From positions 62,001 to 126,000 of the forward strand of contig MU057377.1 of the NCBI GenBank assembly GCA_013265495.1: a DNA stretch of 64,000 nt, read 5' to 3'. The DNA comes from Vicugna vicugna. Taxonomy: Eukaryota. Shown in pieces: positions 63,366 to 64,000 of this stretch. The notes below the pieces were generated by a model. It did no database searches. It worked only from the letters and a program-made list of their open reading frames with translations, and had not been told where the DNA came from. Made by a program: the position numbers and the translations under genes. Positions within the stretch are counted from its first letter, which is position 1; every line of letters starts with the position of its first letter.

Positions 63366-63550
63366 CTTTTTTTTTAATTGAAGTAGAGTAAGTTACAATG
63401 TGTCAGTTTCTGGTGCGCAGCACAATGTCCCAGTGATGCATACATAGATTTGTTTTCATATTCTTTTCCATTAAAGGTTATTATAAGACAGTATAGTTCC
63501 CTGTGCTGTACAGAAGAAATGTGTTTTTTGTCTGTTTTTCTATGTAGTTG
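63366..63550 (-). mobile_element. Camelid L1 3' UTR fragment
   Basis: ttttttaattgaagtagagt...gtgtcagtttctggtg...tatagttccctgtgctgtacagaagaaat; reverse complement of the family at 14915. Confidence 0.85.
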
Positions 63551-64000
63551 TTGTGTTCTGTTTCCTTTTAATGTTTCTCCTTGTTTTGTCTTTCTGTTTT
63601 CCTTTGTTAGTTCATCGTCCTTGTCTTTGCTCTTCCCTGGCCTCGCGCTGTCTCTCGTGCCCCTTCCTCCGGCCGTGTGGCCGCGGAGGCCGTGTTGTAG
63701 TGATCATGTCTTCTTCCCCGCCAGCACCATCACATCCTGCCTCATTTCACATTCTCAGAACCTGTCTGCAGTAACCAGCTAGTTTCCCAAACATGCAAAG
63801 TACCCTGTTCAACTCCTCATCTCTGTGGCACACATCTATTTGTCCTGTGGCTTGTCTGTCCATCCATCCATTTCTCCATCTGAATGTATAAAATGTACTG
63901 CTGATGCTGAATGGAACTAAGATGATGCTGGTCCAAGTCATCAAGGAATTTATAATCTAGTGAGAGAGAATATATAAAGAATTTATTAAATTTGTTAGAT

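Larger units (their letters stand above)
49602..64000 (+). other. DENND1B: DENND1B intron 2 (partial, continues beyond the window)
   Basis: GT donor at 49602. No exon encoding DPVVLWKFPEDFGDQ was found downstream in the window. Confidence 0.8.

Overview
Mammalian genomic DNA, most likely a camelid (alpaca or camel), judged from tRNA-derived Vic-1-type SINEs and cetartiodactyl L1 3' ends. All family and gene assignments are from recall, not database searches. The only host gene is the 5' end of DENND1B (Rab35 GEF) on the + strand. Its CpG-island promoter lies at ~46.65-47.9 kb. Coding exon 1 is inferred to be hidden in an N-gap (47245-47632). The 65-bp exon 2 is at 49537-49601 ((K)ENPERTFDLVLKVKCHASENE(D)), and intron 2 runs past the window end. 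The upstream 46 kb is intergenic (towards C1orf53/LHX9 by human synteny) and repeat-rich: an ERVL pol fragment, solo LTRs, MaLR LTRs, L1, L2, MIR, hAT and Tigger elements, and microsatellites. Nearly all ORFs in the track are spurious or TE-derived. The most striking observation is patchy, strongly A/T->G/C-biased rewriting of old transposons. The clearest case is an AT-rich L1 3' end at 28.3-29.1 kb that now reads as a CpG island, the expected footprint of GC-biased gene conversion at recombination hotspots. I found no evidence for a novel protein-coding system.
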